A program made the position numbers and the translations under genes. Below the pieces are notes generated by a model that saw nothing but the letters and a program-made list of their open reading frames with translations, searched no databases and was not told where the DNA came from. A DNA stretch of 64,000 nucleotides from Takakia lepidozioides (Eukaryota > Plantae > Bryophyta): contig CM060731.1 in NCBI GenBank assembly GCA_030704615.1, positions 39,804,001-39,868,000 of the forward strand, read 5' to 3'. Below are positions 13,901 through 26,799 of this stretch, piece by piece; the first letter of the stretch is position 1; each line of letters begins with the position of its first letter.

Positions 13901-14770
13901 TGAATATATTGGAAAGGGTGGTTTTGCCCGTGTTGGTTGTAACGCCATCTGTGGCCCTACCTTCTGCCCACTGACAGGTGCTGGCACCCTTGCTGGTGCT
14001 GGTCCTTCTGGACCTGTTGTTTTTGTGGTGGATCTTCCACCAAGTGGTGGCCCTTGAGCACTCCCTGCTTCTGGCCCCACGATATTCACAGTATTCCCAG
14101 CTTCAGTTGCACTACTTCCCACACTCCCTGTCCCCCCAGAGCCAGATCCAGGCAGCCCGCCTGATCCCCCTGAGCCGACACCTTCGTTGGCCTGTGATCC
14201 AAGTGCTCCACTTGATCCAGGTCCAACGGGTTGGGATGTCCTGGTTGTAGTCTCAACCTCAGCTGTTGGGTCTACTTCTTCATATTCTTCCTCTTCTAAT
14301 TTCTTCTCTCTGTTTTCATCCTCCAAGTTCTGCCCTTGGGTTTCTTCTTCACTCATGTAACTCAACTGTAATGGTGTTGGAGAGTCTGAACTCTCCGTTG
14401 GCTCTGCCACATCCTCATCTCCTTCTTCATCTTCTGCTTCAGAAACTGGAGTTCCTGCTTTTGGTGTTCCATGCCAACTCTTATCAAAGATTTCTGTCAA
14501 GTCTTTTATCCAAGGATGTACCTCAGATCTTTCACCTCGTGATTGATCTTCTTCCTGTACCAATTCCCTTAATCTTTCTTGCAAAGAAACAGAAGGAGTG
14601 GCATCCAACTCTAGTTCTTCCGGTATAGGTGATGCACTTTTTGATCTTGATGGTGTGAGAGGTCCAGATGATTCCCCTATGTCTATTCCTCTCTCCCAAA
14701 GATATGGATAATTAGCTTTCAGATAGCTTTCTCTTTTGATGAATATCTTGTCGTCTAGCTTCTCTTTCAT
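7943..14770 (-). CDS. gag-pol: gag-pol polyprotein (capsid, three CCHC knuckles, protease, RT, RNase H, integrase, C-terminal extension); two apparent 1-nt frameshifts (about 13430 and 11490)
   Basis: Retrotrans_gag-like YSGKGDPDVHI..LFPCSL..ASEWY; CAKCQNEGHTTTEC, CTICKMDNHSTENC, CYYCNQPGHRKAAC; VLIDGGSGVN; MPFGLCNAP..FLDDF; HCDASG; GLDFVGP..ISDQG..GQAE; GPY. Confidence 0.93.
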
Positions 14771-14798
14771 CACTCATGTCCCATGTCTTTCATTTCTT

Positions 14799-15497
14799 TT
14801 AATGTGGCAATAACCAAAACTCTCTTCTGTAATATCTCTCGTATATGCCTGGATTTCTTTCAAGCTTCAATGCACCCTTGGCTATACTTGAAGTCTCCGT
14901 TACCATATAACCATATGGCAAACAAGTCTGAAAAGCTGTTCTTGGTGTGAGTTTGATCCACAAAATATCCTTTGGAATCCAATTCTTTACCAGTACAAGC
15001 TCTTCATGCATATGAGTATAAACATTCACCTTTCTTTCTTCCCAGCCTTCAAACTCTACTCGTTTAATGGATAGCAACGCTATCACATAAACTAATGTTG
15101 GTAACCAACGTGCTCTTCCTCTACAGGCTACCTGATAAATCTTTATCACTCCTTTCTCCAGACCCCATTCTGGATCAGCATCATGCACTCGTTTAAGAAT
15201 ATTTTCTTTACATCCGTCTGGCAATTCCAAGAACCTTTGAAAGAATTGTTTGGACAATCTTTCTTCCTTCTTCGTTCCACAGGGAATTTGATTCACTTCA
15301 AATTCTTTAATGGTCCAACCACCATGATCCCACCAGATGCCTGTCACATCTGGTTGTTCATGTCCCAGGTCCCCAGTATGGTCGCCAAATGTCGCGCGGC
15401 TTTTACTCACCCATCCCTTCGCTATCCGAGGCGGAAACTCCAAGATAGAAGAGTTGGAAATCTCTAAGTACTCAGCCCGCGCAGAACAATCAGTCAT
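14799..15497 (-). CDS. 5' ORF starting inside the 5' LTR and reading through the PBS; possibly the true N-terminus of Gag
   Basis: 232-aa open frame from ATG 15497, which lies in the LTR, ending just upstream of the gag frame. Confidence 0.55.
   Translation of the reverse strand: MTDCSARAEYLEISNSSILEFPPRIAKGWVSKSRATFGDHTGDLGHEQPDVTGIWWDHGGWTIKEFEVNQIPCGTKKEERLSKQFFQRFLELPDGCKENILKRVHDADPEWGLEKGVIKIYQVACRGRARWLPTLVYVIALLSIKRVEFEGWEERKVNVYTHMHEELVLVKNWIPKDILWIKLTPRTAFQTCLPYGYMVTETSSIAKGALKLERNPGIYERYYRREFWLLPH
15368..15387 (-). other. Primer binding site, tRNA-Arg-like
   Basis: Minus strand TGGCGACCATACTGGGGACC 2 nt after the 5' LTR end; resembles Arg-tRNA PBSs of plant non-chromoviruses. Confidence 0.75.
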
Positions 15498-16383
15498 GAC
15501 CTACAGCTAGTGTATCATGGGGGTGTTTCCTATTTGTTTCCTTTTCCGCATTCATCTTAGCTACCTTACCATTGATAATTAAGTATCAGTTTGCTTCATC
15601 AATTTATCGGCTTCCTTCACTCCTCCATTCAATCCACAGCTTCACTCAGATCTCTCTACACAGTGTGATTGTATCGTATAAGTATCAGATTATGATTTAT
15701 CAGGTATCAGGCCGAAGCCATTGTGTCTCTATTCTCCTCTACAATATCCCTACAGCTTTGCATATAACAAGCATCTATAATCCTCTTTCCTCCTTCATCG
15801 TGCTCACCGACTTCCGCTCCCGCCTGACTCCGAAGTCCTCCCCGAATAATGATAATAATGATCATCTCCGAATATGATAATAATCATTTCCCCTTCTTCC
15901 CTTTATCCTCCTATCCGGGTTCTAACCGTTTCCCTCTCTAACCGTCGTATGTGAACTAACATGTTCCCTTCACTGGTGTTGTTCCCCACAGTCGTTCCCT
16001 GTCCTACTCTTCGTTCCCTATTATCGTGACAGCTGTGTCAAGCGGTGACTGGCTGTGACTGGCTGTGTGGGCTGTGTCTGCTGTGACGACTGTGACGGGC
16101 TGTGTGGGCTGTGTGGGCTGTGACGACTGTGACGGCTGTGTGGGCTGTGACTTGCTGTGTCGGCTGTGTGGGCTGTGACGACTGTGACGGGCTGTGTTTG
16201 GCTGTGTGGGCTGTGACGGCTGTGTGGGCTGTGACTGCTGTGTCGGCTGTGTGGGCTATGTAACCCCCCTCTACAGTGCGCTGCTGTCACCCCTAAGGTT
16301 TCTGTTTGTCTCAGTCTGTGCAAAAATTAAGGGTACCCTACAGATCCCGTATAAGTGTCTAAGTCCCCTACAGTCCTCTAACA
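15390..16383 (-). repeat. 5' LTR (994 bp)
   Basis: Matches 3124-4149 apart from small indels and a shorter GGCTGTG array. Confidence 0.95.
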
Positions 16384-19300
16384 CGGCGGTCCGCAACAAT
16401 CCGGTGGATCTCATTATGCCAATCCAATTGGGGATTAATTTCTCCCACCCTAAGCCGGGGAAGTATGAGGTCTTCAGCTCCGAGTCGAATTACCGGTGAT
16501 GGCAATCGCCAAACTGCAAAAAGAGTCATGCTATGTTGGAGAAAGGCAGTCTGCTGGTTGTCAATTTGCTGGTCCGCACTCTGCTAGATGACAGGTCTTC
16601 CCATGGGTATGGGCTGCATGATGGGCTCCTGGAGAGGAGTCTGCAGGATGACAGGCTGCTCGTCGGGAGTCTGCTCCATTGGAGTCTGCTAGATGACAGG
16701 CTGCTGAAGGGAGTTTGCTGGATGTCGCTTGCTGAATGGCCGTCTACTGGATGACGGCCTGCTGAATGGGAGTCTGCTGGATGACATACTCGGCTGTCCC
16801 AGTCTCATTCCCCCTCGACGCGTGTTCAATATGTAATGTCGCTATTGCAGCAGATGACCCAGGATATGTCAACAATCTGTACTCCCGCATGCGGTCCACT
16901 TCCGCACGCACCGCAGTCACTTGTAAAGGAGCATCGTTGCTCGGTATCCGCCAAGCCTGAATGGCCCTACGAATAGAAATACATTCATCCTGGTATACGG
17001 CAGAGAACTTGGACGTCGGGACTTTATTATCACCTCATGCAGCGGACTGGACTCACAGACCAGCACACTCACAGACGTAACGTGCGTACGTATGGTGGAG
17101 CCAACTAGTAGACTATACCAGCGGACTGACAAACGGACTCAGTAAGTAATGCAGCGATATCAAACAGACTGACTGATGAGCAGACTGAGGAAAGAACGCA
17201 GCGGACTGACCAGACTGAACATGCAACGTGACCCCTATAATGGACTCAAACAGCACAGTAAGCAGCACAGAGAACAGACTGGGCGGTCAGACTGACCATT
17301 ACCTCCTCTACTTCTTCGTCATCGTCTTCATCTTCATCTTCAAAGCTGTTCAACCAGTTCTGTTCCGCCTGTTGGATGAATGTGCATAGCAGACCTGACT
17401 AGGCAACTCTGTAGAAATAACGGAAGAAGTCTGGATCCCCAATTGGTGGGCATTCTGGTGGGAAAAGCCCAAAGTCAACGAGGCGCACTGTGCCAGGGCA
17501 GACTGGCCCTTCAGTGCTCTGTTGAGTATTTTGTTTCGACCCTAAACCTTTGGCATGGGTCGCGATATTTGTGTGAGTCTGTTGCCCAGTCTGGTCAGGC
17601 AAGTCAATGTCCACTGGACTTATCACCCTTTCCAGGCCTTCGAAGTCATCATTCCGGATAATGGTTTGCCCAACCTAAGCAGATTCACTTTCAGTATCAG
17701 TACTGATGGTGTGGGTCTGCTGCCCAGGATGGGGTTGAGTCTGCTGCGTGGATTTTGCCCTTGCCTCACGAACAGACCTTGCAGCCTTCTCCTTTTTTTG
17801 TTTTTTTTTTTTTTTGGGCCCCTATCACTCAGTTTACGTTTTCTAGCAGCGTCCGGCATTCCCTGCACTTGCACATCCTCCATTGACGGGCCACCAGAAC
17901 GGACGCTATACCGTGCGCGCACTTCCTCCAATTCCAAAGTGCGGGGGTCAAGTACTGATCTGCGCATGCGCATTGTGGCCTCTTTGACAATCGACATTAC
18001 TTTCAGTATTGGCCAAGGCTTGAAATCCAGTGGAATCATTGCAACACTCTCCTTGCAACCCGTGTCAACACAATGCCGATTTAGTTGGATTTTGTCCTTG
18101 ATAACCTCTTCACAGAAGGGACAGAAGAGCTTGTCTTTTTGCCAATTCGAGTTTTTGGGCTTCAGGGCGCGGAGGTCTACAAATGTTTCCACTATTTTAT
18201 GATCAAACTCCTCTGGTGAGTACCAGTACCTTCGCTCCTTCTTTAGTATGGTTTGGTGCACAAAATCCACCCAATCCGCTCCACCCTTTTCACAAGCATC
18301 CTCCATCGCTGCAGAATCAAATGAGGGTGCAAGGACAATGAGCGACAGACAGAGGTCCTACGAAAATGTTAGACTCACCCTAAGCAAGAAGAGGACACAG
18401 AATGGAATGGAAACACCGTAGCAAGTCAAAAGCTCACCGAGCCGATGAACTTCGAGTTGTTACGGAGGCGACCGTGTTTGCGACGCTTCGTGGCTCACCG
18501 CGACTCTCCACACCTGGGGAAGAACAGCCCTCTTTTTGTTACGGTCATGGAAACGCAAAGAGGAAAACGAAACAGTGCGAAGAAACATGCTCGAAGAGAA
18601 TGGAGTCCACAGGGAACATGAGAAGAAAGTAGAAGTTGAAGCGGGAAAGTGGGCATGGTACTGCCGACGTTGCGCGATTTCACAGGCGCCAACTATCCAC
18701 CGTCATCGCATTGAATACGTCCACCGAACGAACGCATCGTACTAAATACATCCACGGTCCTCACACGTGCAGCAGACTCATTTCCCATCGGGCCGAGAGT
18801 CCACAGGACCGCCAGTCCAACGGACCGATTGTGTAATGACAAAAGCATTGGAGGCGAAGAGCGGACTGACGGACTGACGACGTGGTGCGAGATCACTGGC
18901 GCCTGGTTGCCGCAGTACTGGCATTTACTCGGTCTAGAAGACTACCACGTGTTCAGAAGGACGGTCCACCACACCCATACCGAAAGGACTGACTAAACGG
19001 AGGACTGATAAAGTATCTCCCAACAGTCACATCGCAAGAGACTGAATCCCAACAGACTGGTAGATAAGCGACATATGGAATGCAGTGGTGGGTCAGCAGA
19101 CCCACTGCGAGCAGATTCATGGCAGGACTGAGTGACAAGTTGACGGGCAGATTGACTGACATGATCCATATAGCACGATTGTGGAGCAGACGAACAGTTC
19201 AGCGAGCGGACTGACGACAAAAGAGACCAAGAGGAGAACAGGAAAGTCGAACAGACTGGCAAATAGACTGGCAACACAACAGACTGATACAGTCACAATC

Positions 19301-19880
19301 CAACAGACTGTTATCCATGAAAAAAAAACTCTTCTTCAACAGACCGACAGGAGAAGAAGTCAGAATATTGGAAGGACATTCGACTGAGGGGACTGAGGGG
19401 ACTGAGGGGTTAACAAGAAAGTGGAACAGACCCACTTCCAATAGACTTCCAGCACAACAGACAGAGAAAATGAGGAGTCCCACAGACAGACTTCCAGCAG
19501 ACTGTAAGTTCAACAGACTGACGATAAAACTGATGGAGGCGAAGCGGCTTCATATTGGAGGCACTTCCCTGCCAGCGGACACACACTGTGAAGAGACTGG
19601 CGGCACAACAGACTGACAAAGTACCATGCAAACAGACTAATATCCATCGGGGAACGATTGTCGAGCACACCTCCGGTTCAACAGACTGGTTTGCAAAGAA
19701 GGGGGCGAAATGAAGACAAAAGAGAGTATGGGGAGAACAGGAAAGTCAAACACAACCATTGCGAACAGACTCGCGGCACACACAACTGATGCATGCACAG
19801 TCCAACAGACTGATATCCATAGAGGACAACTGTCCAGCAAACGGACTTTTCGCCAGACTGGCGGGAAAACAAGCCAAAAG

Positions 19881-20600
19881 TGTCGCACACCTCACTTCAG
19901 TAAGCTCCACCTCAAGTCATAGTTACTCGCTTTGATGCGCGCGCCTGACTCCCAACCTGGCCGCCGGGCCAACTTGGAGCTTCGGCTGCTCACCGGGCAT
20001 AACGGTCCCCCTTTGTTCTCCCAAAGAACCCTCCACCGATTTGGACCCGCGGGGAATTCCTTTGGTAGTTGGCAGTCCGAAACAGCTCCCCACTCTTTGG
20101 TCGCTTTCCGGCTCGCTCGCTTACTCACTAGTTTTTGGTCACCAACGGGCTTGCACCGTTCTCGGGGTTACTACTCCCTATATATACTTCTGTAGCTGTC
20201 CGCGGGGGTTTCACAACCAGCCATGCCATTTTATGGCGAACCACCACGAAAACCCTCGACTCCCGGTGATGAGTTGCGGTGAGTCTTGGCCCACTCACCA
20301 CGGCCCCTATGGACCGTGATGAGTCCCAAGACTCCCCACGACTCCCACCACGAGGTCTCCGCCCCCATGGTGAGTCCTATGCCACCCCCACTAAGTCCCG
20401 CTAAGCTACCACCACCCCTTGTGGAGCCACCCCCACCGCAACCCGTGTGCGGGGCTCCACCTAGTGAGCGCCTCCGCTTCCTGAGTGCCTTGGGCACTCA
20501 AGGGTGCTTCACCCCCCATACCTATCGCTGCCTGCCCCCCACCACAGGGCAGCCCCTCATGTGTCCCGACCCCCTGCCCTCAAGGCAAAGGGCCGCGACA
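19881..20600 (-). repeat. 3' LTR (720 bp)
   Basis: Direct repeat of 26083-26799. Confidence 0.93.
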
Positions 20601-21503
20601 CACACCCTACCAACAGGGAGTCGATGTCCTCATCGACTTGTCCATTTTGTAGAAACGAATCCAAGTTGTGGCGTCCCACATCAAGGAGTTTGTTTCCATA
20701 CCATGGCGTCCCATGGCAAAGAACCAAACCCCACACTTGACTCTACTCTCCACTAGCTAGTTCGGCCGACTTCCTCCAAGTCCCGGCCAGGGTGGAGCCT
20801 CTCAAGCTCCTCCCAGTGCACTCTTCTTGGCCTTCTTCAAGGCCAAGGAACGATCCTCCCCGAGGATCGAATCGCCTTACTGCAACAACATTGCTTGCGA
20901 TCGCTCCTGATGCCGCTTTTGGCATCACTTTGCGCAAGGGTTCACCTCGAACCCCTGAACTAGGAAGATAACCTTGAACCAACCGTGCGCCCAATCACTA
21001 CAATTGGGTCCGTCTTGGAATGCTGGCCTGAGGTACGGGAACACGCGAAGCCGCACTACGACTTCGTCCCGAGGCTACACGATTATAGTACGTGAACGGA
21101 AGCACGTAGCTTTCGCGTTAGCCCGCACTACAAGGCAACCACCTCGGTAGCGCAGTTATAGTACGCGCACGCGCCAGGTGCGCACTAGCACGTGAACTCC
21201 CAAAGAAGGCGCATGTTTCCTTGCCCCTTGGATGGGAGTCACCCGATTTCGGCACTGCGCAAACACACGATTAACCCAATTTACCTCTCCCACTTTTGTA
21301 AGCTAGCATGCATTCTACACACTACTAGCCAACCATATGGATGCATCACCATTCCAAACAAAATAGGACGCACAACATTTGGAACCCATTTCCTTTATAA
21401 CAAATTTTTGTACAATACAAGTTTTTGCAATCGGATTCCTGAGCTAGCTAAGCCGGGCTAAGCATGCATTTCCTCCCCCCACGCTCCAAGGTTGATGTCC
21501 CCA

Positions 21504-24500
21504 TCAACGCTTCTTCCGCTTTTGAGGTCGCCCTCGAAAACTGCAACCGCCTCGGATGCGTTTCCCATTTCTGAGGCACGCACCCAAGATGCCTCCACAT
21601 GATGATAGCCCTTCCATTTCACGAGATACTCCGTTTCTCGTTCTTGAACCTCCTCGACTTAAGTACTGCCTCCACCTCGTACTCAGGTTCATTTTCATGA
21701 TCCAACAGCACAGGTGGCGGACGCAACACTTGATGCCGATTCGGACGCGCTTCATCTGTAAGGCTTCAAAAGGGAGACGTGAAATACTGGATGCACCTTG
21801 CTGTTTGCCGGCAGCTCCAATTCATACACATCCTCATTCATAACCTTCAGGATGCGAAAGGGTCCCGCATACGGAGGTACGAACTTTGGACTCCGTAGTC
21901 GGAAATTCTTGATGTTCAACCAGACCTCCGTGCCTGCCTCAAACTTCACTTCCCTCCGCTTCCGATTCGCCTGCCTTTCATACCGTTTCCTAGCTTTGGC
22001 AATGTTGTACTTTGCGAGCTTCAACAAACGCTCGCGTTCTTCAGTACCGCCGCTACTGCCGGTTCCTCAACGTCCTGGGCGGCCCAACTTGTCGGCACCA
22101 GAGGTGCTTTTCCATAGACCAATACAAAGGGGAAACTCCCGTTGCGGAGTGTTCTGTGTTATTATAACAGAACTCTGCCGCGTCTAAGTGTTCCACCCAG
22201 TCTGTTTGGTCTGCCGACACGTAATTCCGCAAGATCTGCTTCACTACGGAATTCACTCTTTCTGTTTGGCCGTCGGTCGTAGGTCGGAAGGCGGTGCTCA
22301 TCTTCAGCCTCGTCCCCATCTTCTTCCAAAGTGCCCTCCAAAATTTACTCGTAAACTTTGGATCGCGGTCCGAGACAATATCCTTTGGGACTCCATGATG
22401 CTTTAAGACGTGGGCGAAGTAAAGTCGCCCTGTTCCTGCGCCGTTGCCGTCTCCTTGGTGGGGATGAAATGCCCATTTTACTGAACCTATCCACCACCAC
22501 CATGATTGCATCGAAATCCTTTTGACAGCGGCATAGCAGTCATGAAATCCATCGAGACGCTTTCCCAAGTCCCTCTGGAATCGGCAAGGGTTGTAACAGC
22601 CCCGCTTGCTTTTTGTACTCGCTCCGGTTTTGTTGGCATGTGGTGCATGTCTTGACATACTCCTCTGCCTCCTCCCTCAGTTTGGGCCAGAAATACTCTT
22701 TCTTCAAGAGTGCCGCAGTGCGCTTGGCTCCGCCGTGGCCCGCAAGCGGGCTATCATGGCATTCTCTCAAGAGGCTATCTCTGATCCCTCCTTCGGCACA
22801 TAGAGACGCTTTTGCTTATACCGGAGCAGTCCATTTTGCAAGTGGAACTGCGATTTAAACCCCATCCTCAAGTCCTGCATCACGGACTTCGCCAGCTCAT
22901 CCTTCCGGCAAGCCTTCCGGATCTTCCTTTGGAGCGCCGTCTCGCCCTTGTACACCAACAAGAGCTGCTGCTTTCTACTTAAAGCATCGGCACCACGTTG
23001 TCTCGTCCCGGTTTGTACTGGATATCCACGTCGAACACTGCCAAAGTATCTTGCCACCTAAGTTGTTTTGGGGACAACTTGGGCTGCGTGGCAAAATACT
23101 TCACCGTGACATTGTTCGTGAACACCTTCACTGGGTTGGAACCAACATAGTGGCGCCAAAGCTCAAGGTGCACCACCGCCTTCATCTCTTTCTCGTGCGT
23201 CGGCCACCGTCGCTCCACTTCATTCAGTTTCTTACTTTCGTAAGCCACTGGACGTCCATCTTGCATCAGTACACCCCCAATCGCGAAGTCCGACGCATCT
23301 GTATGTATCTCGAACGGACGATCGAACTCCGGGATTTTCAAGACTGGAGCTTCCGCCATCCGCTGCTTCAATTCAGCAAAAGCTTGGCCACAAAAGTGTT
23401 CCATACCCAGACTTTGGATTTACACAGAAGGTCTGACAACAGCCCCGCGATCTTGGCGAAATTTCTCACATACTTCCGGTAATAGGAGGCGAGTCCTAGG
23501 AAGGATCGCACTCCCGGGACCGAAGTCGGAGGCTCCCAGTCCAAGATCGCCCTCACCTTTCTGTCATCCATTTTGATCCCATCCTGTGTAATCACATGCC
23601 CCAGGAACTCCACTTTTGTGACCCCGAATTCGCACTTTGAAGCTTTGGCATACAGCTTCCCTTTCCGCAATTTTTGGAACACCCTTTTTCAGGTGCTCCA
23701 GGTGCTCCTCCTTTGTTTTCGAGTACACCAAGATGTCGTCGATGTACACGATCACAAAGTCATCCAACCACTCCTGAAAAGGCTGTTCATCAGCGTGCTA
23801 AATGTCGCTGGTGCATTGGTGAGCCCAAAAGGCATCACCAAGAACTCATATGAACCATACCTTGTTCTGCACGCGGTCTTCTCCTCATCTCCTTCCCACC
23901 CGAATTTGATGATAGCCGGAGCGCAAGTCGATCCGGCTGAAATACTTCGCTCCTGCCAACCGATCGAAGAGGTCGTCGATCCTTGGCAAAGGGTACCGGT
24001 TTTTGATAGTCACCTTATTAGACCCTGTAATCGACACACATCCGCAGCGTCCCATCCTTTTTATCTGCAAATAGTACCGGGGCTCCGTAAGGTGACTTAC
24101 TCGGCCGGATGTACCCCTTTGACATTAGATCTTTGAGCTGAGTCTTCAGCTCGACCAACTCTCTGTGGCTCAACCGGTAGGGCGCCTTGGCAGGCGGTTC
24201 CGATCCCGGTATCACCTCAATCTTCTGGTCAACTCCTCTTCGCGGTGGCAAAACCGCTTGGTAAATCCTCCGGCATCACATCCTGGTATTTCTCCAAAAT
24301 CCCCTTGATCCAATCTGGGCTCGGCTCCCTATCGCCTTCTCCCTTCACTTCTCTAATGTAGAGCAAAAACTGGGGCTCGTGTGCCTCCTCCACGGCCCAC
24401 TCCCTTGCTGACAGAAGGTTTATTCGCCCTCCCACGGGTTTGGGCATTTCCGACACTCGTAAGACCTCGCCACCATTCCCACATGGCAGCGTGACTACTC

Positions 24501-26027
24501 TCTTGCGGCCATCTATGACCGCTCCGGATTTGCTCAAAAAAATCATCCCCAAAATGAGATCCACTCCATCGATCTCGCAGATGGTGAAGTTCTCACGTCC
24601 CTCCCAACTCCCCAGTTGAAGAGGAACATCAAAAACCGCCAATTGCGGTTCTCCTTTGGCAGAACGCACCTCAATAGAGGCCCCCACGTCACTTGTCGGG
24701 AGTCCCAACTTTCGCGCCGCCGCCGGCGTCATGAAGGAGTGCGACGCTCCTGTGTCCACCAACAACGACACGTTAGTTCCGGATATTATCCCATCCATGA
24801 ACAATAACTGACTTCTTTTACGCAGGGCGCCAGTTTCCTGATACAACTCACAAGAATAGTTGCCTACCTTGCAAGTCCTCGCGACCACCGCTTCCACCAA
24901 GCGACTGATGGTATCTTCCGACAGCACCGTGGTTGCCCGAGTCATGTTCAATTGTCGAGGTTTCGTGCACTTCTTGGCCATGTGCCCGGGCTCCCCGCAA
25001 TTGAAACACACTCCATCAAAGGTCGCCTTCTGTCCGCCATAAGCCGCTCCACCCGCTTTTCCTTTCGAAGCACCGGGTGTCGCTTTGACGTGTGAAGGCC
25101 CTCCCCTCAATTTCCACGTGCCATTGTCGCCGCGTGGCCTATCCCACTTCTTTTCCGGTCGGAAGGAGTCACCTTCCCGCCGGGTCTTCTTGTGGTTCAG
25201 CTCCGTACGGCCTTGTCTCTCACCTTTAGGGACATCCGAGAAACATTCAGCCCTCTCAATTGCCTCGTTCAAAGTTTTGGGTGGCTTCTCCTCCAACTTC
25301 CGCCTGGCCCATGGGGCCAGTCCCGCCACAAAGTTGAAGACCATTTCTGGTTCTGCCATGTCCGCCACTTCGAGCAACAGCACATTGAAAGCCTGGACAT
25401 ACCCCCGAATGTCATCTGTTTGCTTCAAATTCCTCATCTTGTCCCGGGTAAGCCAGGACGCGTTGAGGGGCACAAACTGTCTCTTCATCAATTCCTTGAA
25501 CCCACTCCAGTTCAAGGTTTATGGGCTTGGACCTCGGTCGTGAAGCGTTTCTGCCACCATTGTTGAGCATAGCCCCTCAATTAGGTGGGAGCCACTTCCA
25601 CCCGATCCTCGTCACTCAACTTGGCCGCCCGGAAGTACTGCTCTAGCTCCAGGAGCCAGGTGTTGAGTGCCTTCCGATTTCGGGCGCCCTCGAAGGTGCC
25701 GGGTTCCTTAGGCTCACCTTAAACTTTGCCTTAGTGGAAGTGGCATTAGCCGCCTTCAACACGTCTTTCAACGTCCCGCCAAACTGCGCCAACAAACCCT
25801 TCCCAAAAGGCTGCCGGCATGGGAGGCATCTCTTGGTTTGTCGGAGCTCTCAAGGATTCCTTGGGCTCCGACTCCTCGGATTCCTCCCGCTCTTGAGCGG
25901 CCTCGTTTTCGGAAACAAGCATCGCTTCCTCAAACGGCCGCCTCGGTGACACGTCGCCCCCATCGGGCTCACCAGGATCATCATCTTTTGGGCCGTTCCG
26001 CTTTCGCTTCGGCTTGCCCGACCCCAT
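21504..26027 (-). pseudogene. gag-pol: gag-pol with chromodomain, many 1-nt frameshifts
   Basis: CFNCGEPGHMAKKC; LLVDTGASHSF; SPYGAPVLF; YPLPRIDDL; [10 protein letters not shown]; HTDASDFAIGGVLMQ; CHDSPLAGH; VSDRDPKFTS; GPFRI..VHPVFHVSLL; chromodomain remnant at about 21560-21700. Confidence 0.92.
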
Positions 26028-26068
26028 GATGAGGCCAATCCCAAGGACGATTGCGTACTGAACTCTAA

Positions 26069-26080
26069 GCTCTGATACCA
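26069..26080 (-). other. Primer binding site complementary to tRNA-iMet
   Basis: Minus strand TGGTATCAGAGC 2 nt from the 5' LTR. Confidence 0.93.
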
Positions 26081-26082
26081 AG

Positions 26083-26799
26083 TGTCGCACACCTCACTTC
26101 GGTAAGCTCCCCCTCAAGTCATAGTTACTTGCTTTGATGCGCGCGCCTGACTCCCAACCTGGCCGCCGGGCCAACTTGGAGCTTCGGCTGCTCACCGGGG
26201 CATAACGGTCCCCCTTTGTTCTCCCAAAGAACCCTTCCAACGATTTGGAACCAGCGGGAATTCCCTTTGGTAGTGGCAGTCCGGAACAGCTCCCCACTCT
26301 TGGTCGCTTTCCGGCTCGCTCGTTTACTCACTAGTTTTTGGTCACAACGGGCTTGCACTGTTCTCGGGGTTACTACTCCCTATATATACTTCTGTAGCTG
26401 TCCGCGGGGGTTTCAGAACCAGCCATGCCATTTTATGGCGAACCACCACGAAAACCCTCGACTCCGTGATGAGTTGCGTGAGTCTTGGCCCACTCACCAC
26501 GGCCCTATGGACCGTGATGAGTCCCAAGACTTCCCCACGACTCCCACCACGAGGTCTCCGCCCCCATGGTGAGTCCTATGCCACCCCACTAAGTCCCGCT
26601 AAGCTACCACCACCCCTTGTGGAGCCCCCCCACCGCAACCCGGTGTGCGGGGCTCCACCTAGTGAGCGCCTCCGCTTCCCTGAGTGCCTTGGGCACTCAA
26701 GGTGCTTCAGCCCCCATACCTATCGCTGCCGCTGCCCCCACCACGGGGCAGCCCCTCATGTGTCCCGACCCCCTGCCCTCAAGGCAAAGGGCCGCGACA
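26083..26799 (-). repeat. 5' LTR (717 bp)
   Basis: Direct repeat of 19881-20600. Confidence 0.93.

Larger units (their letters stand above)
3124..16383 (-). mobile_element. Full-length non-chromovirus Ty3/gypsy LTR retrotransposon (Athila/Phygy-like) with extra 5' and 3' ORFs
   Basis: Near-identical LTRs 3124-4149 and 15390-16383 with TG...CA ends; TSD CGGCG at 3119-3123 and 16384-16388; PBS and PPT present; order gag-PR-RT-RH-INT; no chromodomain and no extra archaeal-type RNase H seen. Confidence 0.96.
2480..18309 (-). pseudogene. Multi-exon gene of unknown family with a C2HC-type zinc finger, interrupted by the 13.3 kb LTR element
   Basis: Exon after acceptor TTCTGCAG at about 18310 with CPFC-x12-H-x5-C; acidic exon 17303-17394 (AG/GT bounded); exon from 16513 continuing across the TSD into 3123-2699 and about 2480. 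Confidence 0.45.
19881..26799 (-). mobile_element. Full-length chromovirus LTR retrotransposon (Galadriel/Tcn1-like)
   Basis: LTRs 19881-20600 and 26083-26799 (TGTCGC...GCGACA); TSD AAAAG at 19876-19880 and 26800-26804; tRNA-iMet PBS. Confidence 0.95.

Noticed and set aside
17172-17196. CTGATGA...GAAA hammerhead-like core
   Set aside because: No pairable stem II or flanking stems; part of the CAGACTG motif family.
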